Positions 53,538 through 63,794 of a DNA stretch of 64,000 bases are shown one piece after another. The notes beneath the pieces are model-generated. The model did not search any database. It saw only the letters and a list, made by a program, of their open reading frames with translations, and was not told the origin of the DNA. Source of the DNA: a bacterium (GTDB taxonomy: Bacteria > Bacteroidota > Bacteroidia > Bacteroidales > UBA932); the NCBI GenBank assembly GCA_963630225.1, contig CAVGLS010000001.1, positions 25,287 through 89,286 on the forward strand, written 5' to 3'. A program made the position numbers and the translations under genes. Position 1 is the first letter of the stretch. Each line of letters opens with the position of its first letter.

Positions 53538-53604
53538 CAAATCTACTATTTAAATCAAAAATTTAGAAATGAATTGGAAATGAGTTTAAAGTTTTTTATC
53601 TTTG
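53538..53604. promoter_or_regulatory. Divergent -7 elements for ybeY-mnmG (minus) and tonB (plus)
   Basis: TAGATTTG on minus at 53538-53545; TATCTTTG on plus at 53597-53604. Confidence 0.65.
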
Positions 53605-53638
53605 GAGCGCAAATGGAATATTTAAAGAAACTGATAAA

Positions 53639-54328
53639 ATGGAAGTAAAGAAATCACCTAAAGCCGATCTCAACAACAGGAAACTGCTGTTTATCGAGAT
53701 TGGTTTTGTAATCTCTCTTCTATGTGTATTCGCTGCTTTCGAGTGGACAAGCACAGAGACGCAGGAGTCAGTCTTCGTGGCTGAAAACATAGAAGTAGCC
53801 GAGGAAGAGATCATCCCTATCACACAGGAGACCCCTCCACCTCCACCGGAAGTGCCGAAGACGGTAGTCCTCTCCGACCAGATTGACATCGTTGACGACG
53901 ATATCCAGGTAGAGGACAATATTCTTAACCTCGAGGACGACAGTTCCCTCGGAGTCGAGATTATGGACTATGTGGAGGAAGTTCAGGAGGAAGTGATTGA
54001 GGAAGAGGCTATTCCTTTCCAGATTGTGGAAGTGAAGCCTACCTTCCAGGGCGGAGACGCCAACACCTTCTCCAAATGGGTTGCAGCTAACCTCGTCTAC
54101 CCTGAGATCGCCAAGGAGAATGGCGTAAGCGGTCGTGTGATGCTCCAGTTCACTGTCAATCCTAACGGCAAGATTTCGGATGTGAAGGTCCTCAGAGGAG
54201 TTGATGCGTCCCTTGACAAGGAGGCCGTCCGCGTCGTATCCAGCTCACCTAAGTGGGAGCCGGGCCGCCAGAGAGACCGTGCAGTCAAGGTAACATACAC
54301 CTTCCCTGTTATCTTCCAGTTGAGATAA
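53639..54328 (+). CDS. tonB: Energy transducer TonB
   Basis: MEVKKSPKADL, single TM, PPPPP, YPEIAKENGVSGRV, LDKEAVRVV, WEPG.Q. Confidence 0.93.
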   Translation: MEVKKSPKADLNNRKLLFIEIGFVISLLCVFAAFEWTSTETQESVFVAENIEVAEEEIIPITQETPPPPPEVPKTVVLSDQIDIVDDDIQVEDNILNLEDDSSLGVEIMDYVEEVQEEVIEEEAIPFQIVEVKPTFQGGDANTFSKWVAANLVYPEIAKENGVSGRVMLQFTVNPNGKISDVKVLRGVDASLDKEAVRVVSSSPKWEPGRQRDRAVKVTYTFPVIFQLR

Positions 54329-54350
54329 TATTCTGAAACATACTATAGGG

Positions 54351-54398
54351 GGCTGACTGAAAAGGACCGTTTGGTCCTTTTCAGTCAGTCTTTTTTTT
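54351..54398 (+). terminator. 18-bp-stem hairpin plus T8 after tonB (palindrome family, copy 1)
   Basis: GGCTGACTGAAAAGGACC-GTTT-GGTCCTTTTCAGTCAGTC-TTTTTTTT; followed by TACTTTTG (54401-54408), a likely hflX -7 element. Confidence 0.87.
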
Positions 54399-54479
54399 GG
54401 TACTTTTGCAAATGCTGAAACAAGTCTCTTCCTTTCCCGAGGAACGGGGAGTGTAATAGACTATGAGTTATTAAGAGAG

Positions 54480-55664
54480 ATGGAGAACAATAAAGAAGAA
54501 AAGGCCGTATTTGTCGGCATCATAAGGCAAGGAGACGATGAACGCAAGGTAAACGAATACCTTGAGGAGTTGGAATTCCTTGCCCATACCGCCGGTGCCG
54601 TCGGCGACCGCAAATTCTTCCAAAGGCTCGACAAGCCGGAAAAATCTACATACATAAGAAGCGGTAAACTCGACGAGATAGCTCAGTACTGCGAGGATAA
54701 CTGCATCAGCTATGTGATTTTCGATGATGAACTTACGGGTATGCAGCAACGCAATATAGAGAAAGTCATCAAGACTGCTGCGGTGATAGACAGGACAAGC
54801 CTGATACTCGAAATATTCTCGCAGCGGGCCAAGACCGCCTATGCCAAGATGCAGGTGGAACTGGCCAGATACAACTATATGCTGCCTCGCCTGGCCGGTA
54901 TGTGGACCCACCTTGAGAGGCAGAGAGGCGGGGTCGGAATGCGTGGCGGAATGGGCGAGACACAGATCGAAATAGACCGCCGAATAGTCCGCGAAAGGAT
55001 TGCCAGACTCAAGGAGCAGCTTAAGAAAGTGGACCGGCAGATGGCTACGCAGCGCAGCAACAGAGGTCAACTGGTGAGGCTTTCCCTTGTCGGATATACA
55101 AACGTGGGCAAATCCACGCTTATGAACCTGCTTGCCAAGTCCGACGTATTCGCCGAGAACAAACTTTTCGCCACCCTTGACACCACGGTGAGAAAGGTCG
55201 TAATAGGCAATGTACCGTTCCTGTTGAGCGACACGGTAGGATTTATCCGCAAACTCCCTACGCAGCTCATAGAGGCCTTTAAAAGCACTCTCGACGAGGT
55301 GCGCGAGGCGGATGTGCTGATACACGTCGTGGACGTGTCACACCCGGACTACAGGGAACAGATTGAAGTGGTGGAGAAAACACTGCAGGACATATCTGCT
55401 TCGGATAAGCCCGTCTATCTGGTATTCAACAAGACAGACGCCTACACTTACGAGCCATATGACGAATTCTCGCTCTCACCTAAGTCCGAGAATAACCTTA
55501 CTCTCGATGAAGTGAAAAACGAGTGGATAAAAGAGAAGAAAATCCCGTGCATATTCATCTCTGCACTCAAGAAAGAGGGTATAGATAAACTCAAGGACGA
55601 TATCTATAAGATGGTGGCGGAAATACACGCGGGACGCTACCCTTTCAATAACTTCCTGTGGTGA
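54480..55664 (+). CDS. hflX: GTPase HflX
   Basis: LILEIFSQRA, GMGETQIEIDRR, GYTNVGKST, LFATLDTT, DTVGF, NKTD, ISA. Confidence 0.97.
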   Translation: MENNKEEKAVFVGIIRQGDDERKVNEYLEELEFLAHTAGAVGDRKFFQRLDKPEKSTYIRSGKLDEIAQYCEDNCISYVIFDDELTGMQQRNIEKVIKTAAVIDRTSLILEIFSQRAKTAYAKMQVELARYNYMLPRLAGMWTHLERQRGGVGMRGGMGETQIEIDRRIVRERIARLKEQLKKVDRQMATQRSNRGQLVRLSLVGYTNVGKSTLMNLLAKSDVFAENKLFATLDTTVRKVVIGNVPFLLSDTVGFIRKLPTQLIEAFKSTLDEVREADVLIHVVDVSHPDYREQIEVVEKTLQDISASDKPVYLVFNKTDAYTYEPYDEFSLSPKSENNLTLDEVKNEWIKEKKIPCIFISALKKEGIDKLKDDIYKMVAEIHAGRYPFNNFLW

Positions 55665-55715
55665 AAACTATATGGGTCGCAGACGGCAGTTTGCGGGGGT
55701 TAAGGCAACGAAAGG

Positions 55716-55755
55716 GGCTGGCTAAAAAGGACCGCTTGGTCCTTTTTAGCCAGCC
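55716..55755. repeat. Perfect 18-bp-stem hairpin between convergent hflX and frdB (palindrome family, copy 2)
   Basis: GGCTGGCTAAAAAGGACC-GCTT-GGTCCTTTTTAGCCAGCC. Confidence 0.87.
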
Positions 55756-55781
55756 GGCATTTATAATCATATGTAAGGGCT

Positions 55782-56561
55782 TCAGTCTGAAAACTTAGCC
55801 TTGAGAAACTCCCTGTTCAGACGGGCTATATGAGAGACGGTGATACCCTTTGGACACTCAAGCTCGCAGGCACGGGTATTGGTGCAGTTGCCGAATCCGA
55901 GTTCATCCATCTTGGCAACCATAGCCTTCGCCCTCTTCGCTGCTTCGGGACGTCCCTGAGGAAGCAGGGCGAGAGAACTTACCCTTGCCGCCACGAAGAG
56001 CATAGCCGAGCCGTTCTTACAGGTCGCCACGCAAGCTCCGCAACCCACGCAGGCCGCAGCATCCATACTCTCCTCAGCCTTGTCGTGAGGGATGAGTATA
56101 TTGTTGGCATCCTGTGCAGCGCCGGTACGCACGGAGATAAATCCGCCCGCCTGAAGAATCTTGTCGAAAGCCCGGCGGTCCACCACGAGGTCTTTTATCA
56201 CCGGGAAAGCTGCGCTTCTCCACGGCTCCACCGTGATGGTTGCACCATCCTTGAAATGTCTCATAAACAGCTGACAGGTAGTCACATGGTCGTCAGGACC
56301 GTGTGCGCGACCGTCGATATAGAGAGAGCAAGCCCCGCATATACCCTCGCGGCAGTCGTGGTCGAAAGACACCGGACCACTGCTCTTGCAACCCCTCTCC
56401 ACGGCCACAGGATCGCTGCCCTCGCGGATGAGCTGTTCGTTGAGAATATCGAGCATCTCAAGGAAAGAAGCGTCCTCCTCTATGCCTGAGATATGGTATG
56501 TTTCAAAATGGCCTTTAGCCTTGGCGTTCTTCTGACGCCATATCTTTAAATTGAATTCCAT
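55782..56561 (-). CDS. frdB: Succinate dehydrogenase/fumarate reductase iron-sulfur subunit
   Basis: [39 protein letters not shown]. Confidence 0.93.
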   Translation of the reverse strand: MEFNLKIWRQKNAKAKGHFETYHISGIEEDASFLEMLDILNEQLIREGSDPVAVERGCKSSGPVSFDHDCREGICGACSLYIDGRAHGPDDHVTTCQLFMRHFKDGATITVEPWRSAAFPVIKDLVVDRRAFDKILQAGGFISVRTGAAQDANNILIPHDKAEESMDAAACVGCGACVATCKNGSAMLFVAARVSSLALLPQGRPEAAKRAKAMVAKMDELGFGNCTNTRACELECPKGITVSHIARLNREFLKAKFSD

Positions 56562-56566
56562 CTCGT

Positions 56567-58513
56567 TTAGTCTTTGTAGTTTCGTGTCGCAACCTTGATG
56601 AACTCATACTTCAGAGGCTCCTTATGGAGCTCAGGCTCAACGCCTTCACCCTTATACTCCCAGGCTGCCACATACATAAAGTGTTCATCGTCCCGTTTAG
56701 CCTCTCCGTCTTCGGTCTGGCTCTCCACACGGAAGTGACCTCCGCAGGACTCCTTGCGGTTGAGAGCGTCGCGGGCCATCAGCTCGCCTATTTCAAAGAA
56801 ATCTTCAAGCCTCAGAGCCTTCTCGAGTTCCTGATTGAACTCGTACTGACTTCCCGGAACTTTGACATCCTTATAGAAACTCTCCCTAAGCTCCCTTATT
56901 TCCTTGATAGCTTTCTTCAGTCCCTCCTCTTCGCGGGCCATCCCCACATATTCCCACATAATATGGCCGAGCTTCTTATGGATGGAATCCACTGTCTGCG
57001 TGCCGTTGATGGCGAAAAGTCTGTCTATACGCGCCTGCACGGCTTTTTCAGCATCGATAAACTCCTTAGTGTTGACATCCGTCTTAGGCTCTGCGAATTT
57101 CTTTGACAGATAGTCCCCGATGGTGACAGGCAGGACGAAATATCCGTCTGCAAGCCCCTGCATAAGGGCCGATGCGCCGAGACGGTTGCCGCCGTGGTCG
57201 GAGAAGTTGGCCTCACCGATGGCAAAAAGCCCGGGAACGGTGGTCTGGAGATCATAGTCCACCCAGATGCCTCCCATAGTGTAATGTATGGCAGGATATA
57301 TCATCATAGGCTCCTTCCAAGGAGAGGAAGCGGTGATCTTCTCATACATCTCGAAGAGGTTGCCGTAGCGCTCCGCTACTCTCTTGTGGCCGAGTCGCTG
57401 GATAGCGTCGGCGAAGTCGAGGAACACCGCCTTGCCGGTCTCGTTGACTCCGTAACCGGCGTCGCACCTCTCCTTGGCGGCACGGGAAGCCACGTCGCGC
57501 GGCACGAGGTTGCCGAATGCTGGATAGCGGCGCTCAAGATAGTAGTCGCGGTCTTCCTCCGCTATCTGCGAAGGCTTTATTTCGCCTTTGCGGAGCTTGA
57601 TCACGTCTTCCATTTTCTTTGGTACCCAGATGCGCCCGTCATTACGCAAGGACTCGCTCATAAGGGTGAGCTTGCACTGCTGATCGCCGTGTACCGGGAT
57701 GCAGGTAGGATGTATCTGCGCGAAGCAAGGGTTTGCGAAGTATGCTCCCTTCTTATAGCACTGGAGAGCCGCCGAGCCGTTGCTGTTCATCGCATTGGTG
57801 GAGAGGAAATAGGTATTGCCGTAGCCGCCGGTGGCTATAACCACGGCGTGAGCACCGAACCTCTCGAGCTGCCCGGTCACCAGGTTGCGGGCTATTATAC
57901 CTTTGGCCTGACCGTTGACAAGCACAACATCAAGCATTTCGTGACGAGGATAGGACTTTACTGTGCCGGCTGCAATCTCCTTGTTGAGAGAAGCATACGC
58001 GCCGAGCAGCAGCTGCTGTCCGGTTTGTCCGCGGGCATAGAAAGTACGGCTTACCTGCACGCCGCCAAACGAGCGGTTGGCAAGATATCCGCCATATTCG
58101 CGGGCGAACGGGATGCCCTGCGCCACGCATTGGTCGATGATGGATGCGCTTACTTCGGCCAGACGATATACGTTGGCCTCGCGGCTGCGGTAGTCACCCC
58201 CCTTGATGGTGTCGTAGAACAGACGGTAGACGGAGTCGTTGTCGTTCTGATAATTCTTGGCAGCGTTGATACCTCCCTGAGCGGCGATGGAATGCGCGCG
58301 GCGAGGTGAATCGCTGATGCAGAAGATCTTGACATTGTAGCCGAGTTCACCGAGGGAAGCAGCTGCAGATGCACCGCCGAGTCCGGTACCTACCACAATG
58401 ATTTCAAGCTTTCTCTTGTTGTTGGGACTCACGAGATGGATTTCAGACTTGCGCTTGGTCCATTTGTTTTCGAGCGGTCCTTCCGGAATTTTAGAAATTA
58501 ACTTGTCAGACAT
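56567..58513 (-). CDS. frdA: Succinate dehydrogenase/fumarate reductase flavoprotein subunit
   Basis: [53 protein letters not shown]. Confidence 0.94.
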   Translation of the reverse strand: MSDKLISKIPEGPLENKWTKRKSEIHLVSPNNKRKLEIIVVGTGLGGASAAASLGELGYNVKIFCISDSPRRAHSIAAQGGINAAKNYQNDNDSVYRLFYDTIKGGDYRSREANVYRLAEVSASIIDQCVAQGIPFAREYGGYLANRSFGGVQVSRTFYARGQTGQQLLLGAYASLNKEIAAGTVKSYPRHEMLDVVLVNGQAKGIIARNLVTGQLERFGAHAVVIATGGYGNTYFLSTNAMNSNGSAALQCYKKGAYFANPCFAQIHPTCIPVHGDQQCKLTLMSESLRNDGRIWVPKKMEDVIKLRKGEIKPSQIAEEDRDYYLERRYPAFGNLVPRDVASRAAKERCDAGYGVNETGKAVFLDFADAIQRLGHKRVAERYGNLFEMYEKITASSPWKEPMMIYPAIHYTMGGIWVDYDLQTTVPGLFAIGEANFSDHGGNRLGASALMQGLADGYFVLPVTIGDYLSKKFAEPKTDVNTKEFIDAEKAVQARIDRLFAINGTQTVDSIHKKLGHIMWEYVGMAREEEGLKKAIKEIRELRESFYKDVKVPGSQYEFNQELEKALRLEDFFEIGELMARDALNRKESCGGHFRVESQTEDGEAKRDDEHFMYVAAWEYKGEGVEPELHKEPLKYEFIKVATRNYKD

Positions 58514-58537
58514 TGTAATTATAGTATATTGTTATCT

Positions 58538-59563
58538 TTATCCGAATAATGTGGCACTTTCGCTCTCAGAAGGGCGCTCAAGGGAGAGATGGAGGTACGA
58601 GAGGTCTGTGGCGATCCTGCCCCTCTGAGTGCGCACGATAAACCCCTCCTTGATGAGGAAAGGCTCGTATACTTCCTCATAGGTGCCCTGGTCCTCCCCT
58701 ATCGCCGTAGCTATGGTATTAGCCCCCACCGGACCTCCCTTGAAGGTGCTGATGATGGTGCGGAGTATCCTGTTGTCAACCGAATCCAGCCCGCGAGTGT
58801 CTATCTTGAGCTTGTCGAGCGCGAATTTAGCGATACCGAGGTCTATATGCCCGTCACCCTCCACCTGGGCGAAGTCCCTCACCCTGCGGAGCAGAGAGTT
58901 GGCTATACGCGGTGTGCCCCGACTGCGCAGGGCTATCTCTGTGGCGGCCTCATCCTCTATGTCCACCTTGAGTATGCCGGCGCTGCGCCTCACGATGCGC
59001 ACGAGGTCGGAAGTGTCGTAGTACTCAAGCCCGCAGTTTATGCCGAAACGCGCCCGGAGCGGAGCCGTCAGCAGGCCGGCGCGCGTAGTGGCCCCGACGA
59101 GAGTGAAAGGGTTGAGGGAAATCCTCACGGACCTCGCTCCAGGGCCCTTGTCTATCATTATATCTATCACAAAATCCTCCATCGCGGAGTAGAGGTACTC
59201 CTCCACTTCGGGAGAGAGCCTGTGTATCTCGTCTATAAAGAGCACATCCCCCGTATCGAGCGAAGTCAGCAGACCGGCAAGGTCGCCCGGTCGGTCGAGC
59301 ACCGGACCGGAGGTAATCTTGATATTGACCCCCATCTCGTTGGCTATGATATGCGCGAGGGTAGTCTTGCCGAGCCCCGGCGGGCCGTGGAATAGAGTGT
59401 GGTCGAGGGACTCCCCTCTCATCTTCGCCGCCTTGATGTACACCCGCAGATTGGACACGATTTCACCCTGCCCGGTGAAATCTTCCAGTTCGTGAGGCCT
59501 GATAATTCCTTCTAAATCCTTATCTTTGCCCTCGCTTGTATTGTGCGGGTCAAAATCTGACAT
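58538..59563 (-). CDS. ruvB: Holliday junction DNA helicase RuvB
   Basis: [52 protein letters not shown] -7 element at 59586-59593 (minus). Confidence 0.98.
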   Translation of the reverse strand: MSDFDPHNTSEGKDKDLEGIIRPHELEDFTGQGEIVSNLRVYIKAAKMRGESLDHTLFHGPPGLGKTTLAHIIANEMGVNIKITSGPVLDRPGDLAGLLTSLDTGDVLFIDEIHRLSPEVEEYLYSAMEDFVIDIMIDKGPGARSVRISLNPFTLVGATTRAGLLTAPLRARFGINCGLEYYDTSDLVRIVRRSAGILKVDIEDEAATEIALRSRGTPRIANSLLRRVRDFAQVEGDGHIDLGIAKFALDKLKIDTRGLDSVDNRILRTIISTFKGGPVGANTIATAIGEDQGTYEEVYEPFLIKEGFIVRTQRGRIATDLSYLHLSLERPSESESATLFG

Positions 59564-59593
59564 CTCGGATAATCAATACAGGATACAAATATA

Positions 59594-59830
59594 GTTCTTT
59601 TATTTATAAAAATTGATGATTATTATTCCTTGTTCAAATTGTTGATAACTTGGTTAATTTTTTAATTTTCAATTTTTTAAATAGAAGTGAAAAAGTTGAA
59701 AAGTATGTTGAAACACCGTGTCGTAAATTGTTGATAACTTCTTGACGTAAGATTTCAACAATGCGTTGAGTATTTATCAACAGGGTTATCAACAGATTTT
59801 CAACAGAAAAAAGGCGATTGATGTTGATAA
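59594..59830. other. Putative chromosomal replication origin (oriC)
   Basis: Most AT-rich stretch of the window, with five exact TTATCAACA boxes (59640, 59729, 59822 reverse; 59774, 59786 forward) and further near-matches. Confidence 0.78.
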
Positions 59831-62800
59831 GTTCAAAATCCTGCGAAAAACTCAAGGAAAGCCTTGGGTCGGGGAGGAAAAATGTCTATTGCCGCGGACT
59901 TTTCCTGTCCGCGCGCTGGGTCGTGCTCTCCTCTGTGGCGGACAAAGGCTTACATTTCATAATTCTCCCCGACAAGGAAAGCGCTGAATACTGCGCCTCC
60001 GATCTCTACGGTTTGATAGACGGCGACAGGGTGTTCTTCCTCCCTGAGTCCGGAAGGAGCGTCGAGAGGAGCAACTACAAGTCTTCCCTCGCAGTCCAGA
60101 GGACAGCAGCCATAGGTGAAATAATCTCCGCTGAAGGCTCCGGACTTAAACTTATAGTTTCCTATCCGGAGGCTCTCAAGGAACTCGTCCCGTCCATTAC
60201 CGCCATCTCCGACTCTCTGCTGAGCATATCGAAGGGAGACGATATATCCCACGACAAGATAGTGGAAATACTCTCATCCAGAGGGTTCGAGCGTACGGAT
60301 TTCGTCTCCGCTCCGGGACAGTACGCGATAAGGGGATCACTCGTGGACATATTCTCGTATTCTTTCAACCGGCCTTACCGTATTTCGTTCTGGGGTGACG
60401 AGGTAGAGAAAATCAGCACTTTCGACTGCAATACCCAGCTCTCCGTCAGCGAGGTGGACAGGGCGGAAATAGTTTCAGACACTTTGGCGTCGGAAGCCTC
60501 CGGCGGGCAGAATATACTCGCCCTGTTGCCGCCGGACAGCACTCTGTGGCTGGACTCGTCAGATATGTATTCTTCTGAAGAGTTCTTCCGGCTCATTTCC
60601 GGCTTCCGCCGGGTATTCATCGACACTCCCCTCTCCGCGCAGACCGAGGAGTTCATCCAGTTCAGCATCAGTCCGCAGCCTTCGTTCAACAAAAACTTCG
60701 AAATACTTACCGAGGATATACGCGGCCGCATCGAAAGCGGATATAAGGTATATATCTTCGGCGACAAGGAGTCCCAGCTCGAAAGGATTAAGTCCATACT
60801 TTCACAGAACGGAGGACTTATTCCCGAATTCATCAGGGGGAAGAACATATACAACGGATTTATAGATGCCGAAGATAGAGTATGCTGCTACACCGACCAC
60901 GAGATATTCGACCGTTTCCAGAGGGTCAGCCTGCGCCGGAGCGTGGAGAAGAGCGAACAGCTTACCATCAACGACCTCAATTCTTTCAATATAGGTGACT
61001 ATGTGGTGCATATAGACCACGGGGTCGGCGTGTTCGGCGGTCTGGTCAGGATGCGGGACGACAAGGACAGGATACGGGAAGTCGTAAAAATCACCTATAA
61101 GGACGGGGATGTGGTGTTTGTGTCCGTACACTCCCTCAACAAAATCTCCCGTTTCCGCTCGCGCGACGGAGAGCCGCCGCGCATCAACAAGCTCGGTTCC
61201 AAGACCTGGGGTGCGCTGAAGACCAGCGCCAAGTCCAAGGTCAAGGATATAGCCAAGCAGCTCATCCAACTCTACGCCAAGCGTCGGGCTTCCAAGGGAT
61301 TCGCATTCTCCGCCGACACTTATCTCCAGCAGGAGCTCGAATCTTCGTTTATGTTCGAGGATACTCCCGATCAGGAACTCGCTACATCCGCAGTCAAGCG
61401 GGATATGGAGGATGACTGCCCGATGGACAGGCTCGTCTGCGGCGACGTAGGGTTCGGAAAAACCGAGATAGCGATACGCGCGGCGTTCAAGGCCGTGACT
61501 GACAGCAAGCAGGTGGCGGTGCTCGTGCCTACCACCATACTCTCGCTCCAGCACTACAACACTTTCAGTCAGAGACTCCGGAACCTGCCGTGCAATATAG
61601 ACTATGTAAGCCGTCTGCGCAGCGCCAAGGATATAGCCGACATCAAGCGCCGGCTCGCCGCAGGGCAGATTGATGTGCTTATAGGGACCCATAAGATACT
61701 CGGTAAGGAGTTTGTGTTCAAGGACTTGGGTTTGCTTATAATAGACGAGGAGCAGAAGTTCGGAGTATCCGCCAAAGAGAAACTCCGCGAGATGAGGACA
61801 TCAGTCGACACCCTCACTCTCACCGCCACGCCTATTCCGCGCACACTACAGTTCTCCCTGCTCGGCGCGAGGGATCTCAGCATCATCAATACTCCCCCGC
61901 CCAACAGGATACCCGTGCAGACGGAAATCATCCTTTTCGACGAGAATGAGATACGCAGCATCATCAACTACGAGCTCAACCGCGGTGGACAGATCTTCTT
62001 CCTCCACAACAAGGTGGAGGAACTCCCGTCGATATACGAGATACTCCACCGTCTCGTGCCGGATATGAAGATTTGCGTCGCCCACGGGCAGATGGAAGCG
62101 GGGAAACTCGAGAACATAATGCTGGACTTTATTCGCGGGGACTACGATATGCTACTCTGTACCACCATCATAGAGAACGGTCTCGATATTCCCAACGCCA
62201 ACACCATCATCATCAATCAGGCGCAGAACTTCGGTCTGAGCGACCTGCATCAGCTGAGAGGCAGGGTGGGGCGCTCCAACAAGAAGGCGTTCTGCTACCT
62301 GATAGTTCCTCCGCTGGTCAGCATCACCGACGATGCGCGCCGCCGGCTCAAGGCGATAGAGGAGTTCTCCGATCTCGGAAGCGGGTTCAACATAGCGATG
62401 CAGGACCTGGACATCCGAGGCGCGGGCAACCTGCTCGGAGCGGAGCAGAGCGGTTTCATCACCGAGATGGGATTCGAAACATACCAGAAGATACTCTCGG
62501 AAGCGATGGAAGAACTCGGGGTGGAAACCGGCATAGAAGTGCGCAGCGAGCGGGGCGCTTTCGTCACCGAATGCACTATAGAGACTGACCAGCCGGCGCT
62601 CATCCCGGATGGATATATAAGTATAACTGCTGAGAAGATAAGGATTTACCGCGACATCGACTCGATGTCGTCCGACAAGGAGATCGACAATTACGCCCTC
62701 CGTCTCGAAGACCGCTTCGGAGCGCTCCCGGAGGAAGTTAAGAATCTCTTCCTCGTGGTGAAGATACGCAACCGCGGCGCGGCCCTCGGATTTGAGAAGG

Positions 62801-63012
62801 TCATCATCAAGAACGGAATATTGATAGCTTTCTTCGTGTCCAACCCTATGTCGGCCTACTACAAGTCTCCGGTATTCGAGAAAGTGCTCTTGAGGCTCGG
62901 CAACCTGCAGGGGAGGGCGGAGATGAAGCAGAGCGACGGCAGACTCAAGATTGTCTCCCGCAACATACCTTCGCTTGCCGCAGCCTTCAAGATATTGAAT
63001 ACGCTGAGTTGA
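59821..63012 (+). CDS. mfd: Transcription-repair coupling factor
   Basis: GDYVVHIDHGVG, GDVGFGKT, DEEQKFG, TATPIPRT, QLRGRVGR, DLDIRGAGNLLG. Confidence 0.97.
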   Translation: MLISSKSCEKLKESLGSGRKNVYCRGLFLSARWVVLSSVADKGLHFIILPDKESAEYCASDLYGLIDGDRVFFLPESGRSVERSNYKSSLAVQRTAAIGEIISAEGSGLKLIVSYPEALKELVPSITAISDSLLSISKGDDISHDKIVEILSSRGFERTDFVSAPGQYAIRGSLVDIFSYSFNRPYRISFWGDEVEKISTFDCNTQLSVSEVDRAEIVSDTLASEASGGQNILALLPPDSTLWLDSSDMYSSEEFFRLISGFRRVFIDTPLSAQTEEFIQFSISPQPSFNKNFEILTEDIRGRIESGYKVYIFGDKESQLERIKSILSQNGGLIPEFIRGKNIYNGFIDAEDRVCCYTDHEIFDRFQRVSLRRSVEKSEQLTINDLNSFNIGDYVVHIDHGVGVFGGLVRMRDDKDRIREVVKITYKDGDVVFVSVHSLNKISRFRSRDGEPPRINKLGSKTWGALKTSAKSKVKDIAKQLIQLYAKRRASKGFAFSADTYLQQELESSFMFEDTPDQELATSAVKRDMEDDCPMDRLVCGDVGFGKTEIAIRAAFKAVTDSKQVAVLVPTTILSLQHYNTFSQRLRNLPCNIDYVSRLRSAKDIADIKRRLAAGQIDVLIGTHKILGKEFVFKDLGLLIIDEEQKFGVSAKEKLREMRTSVDTLTLTATPIPRTLQFSLLGARDLSIINTPPPNRIPVQTEIILFDENEIRSIINYELNRGGQIFFLHNKVEELPSIYEILHRLVPDMKICVAHGQMEAGKLENIMLDFIRGDYDMLLCTTIIENGLDIPNANTIIINQAQNFGLSDLHQLRGRVGRSNKKAFCYLIVPPLVSITDDARRRLKAIEEFSDLGSGFNIAMQDLDIRGAGNLLGAEQSGFITEMGFETYQKILSEAMEELGVETGIEVRSERGAFVTECTIETDQPALIPDGYISITAEKIRIYRDIDSMSSDKEIDNYALRLEDRFGALPEEVKNLFLVVKIRNRGAALGFEKVIIKNGILIAFFVSNPMSAYYKSPVFEKVLLRLGNLQGRAEMKQSDGRLKIVSRNIPSLAAAFKILNTLS

Positions 63013-63065
63013 CGGTTATTCGGAAATAATCACTAAATTTGTAGGCTTCGCGCGTATAGTCAGGT

Positions 63066-63794
63066 ATGTCCAATCTTCTGGTGATCACGGGAAATACGGC
63101 TCTCAAGGCGGCTTGGTCCGATGGTATGACCATCGGAAAGACTTTCCGTTATCAGGGGGAGAAGATGCTCGACTATCTTCTGACTCTGACGGAGAAGGAT
63201 AAGCCGGAGGTGCTCACCATAGCCTCGGTGTCCGGCGTGCTTCCGGAGGAGGAGGCCATACTGCGCAATGAGTGCTCCCACCTGATCATTCTCGACAAGG
63301 AGCACACTCACTACCTTCTCAAGAACGATTTTCCCGAATACCTTTCCTGCGACAGGGCGGCCGGGCTCGTGGCGGCAAGGTTTCTCTTCAAGGGGAAGAA
63401 TTGCACCGTATTCGACTTCGGGACCACCCTGACCATAGATTTTCTGGGCGCGGACGGCAGGTATCTTGGGGGCAACATCTCCCCGGGATGCCGTACCAGA
63501 TTCAAGGCTCTCAACCGTTATTCCAAAAATCTCCCTCTCGTCGACACCCCCGACAGGATAGCCCCGGAGGGCGGTTCGGTTGTCTCCTCGATAGAGGCCG
63601 GGGTGGTTTTAGGCATAATGTTTGAAATAGAGGGGTACATCAGGTCTCGTCAGGACAATATTGTGGTTTTTACGGGTGGAGATGCGATTTATTTTGCCAA
63701 GAAAATGAAAAGTTCCATCTTTGTAGTTTGCAATCTTGAACTGATGGGCTTGGCCATTATCACTGAAGATTATGTCAGTAAGAATATCAAATAA
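63066..63794 (+). CDS. coaX: Type III pantothenate kinase homologue
   Basis: GNT..K, DR, DFGTTLTID, GGNISPG, TGGDA. TAAATTTG -7 element at 63034-63041. Confidence 0.85.
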   Translation: MSNLLVITGNTALKAAWSDGMTIGKTFRYQGEKMLDYLLTLTEKDKPEVLTIASVSGVLPEEEAILRNECSHLIILDKEHTHYLLKNDFPEYLSCDRAAGLVAARFLFKGKNCTVFDFGTTLTIDFLGADGRYLGGNISPGCRTRFKALNRYSKNLPLVDTPDRIAPEGGSVVSSIEAGVVLGIMFEIEGYIRSRQDNIVVFTGGDAIYFAKKMKSSIFVVCNLELMGLAIITEDYVSKNIK

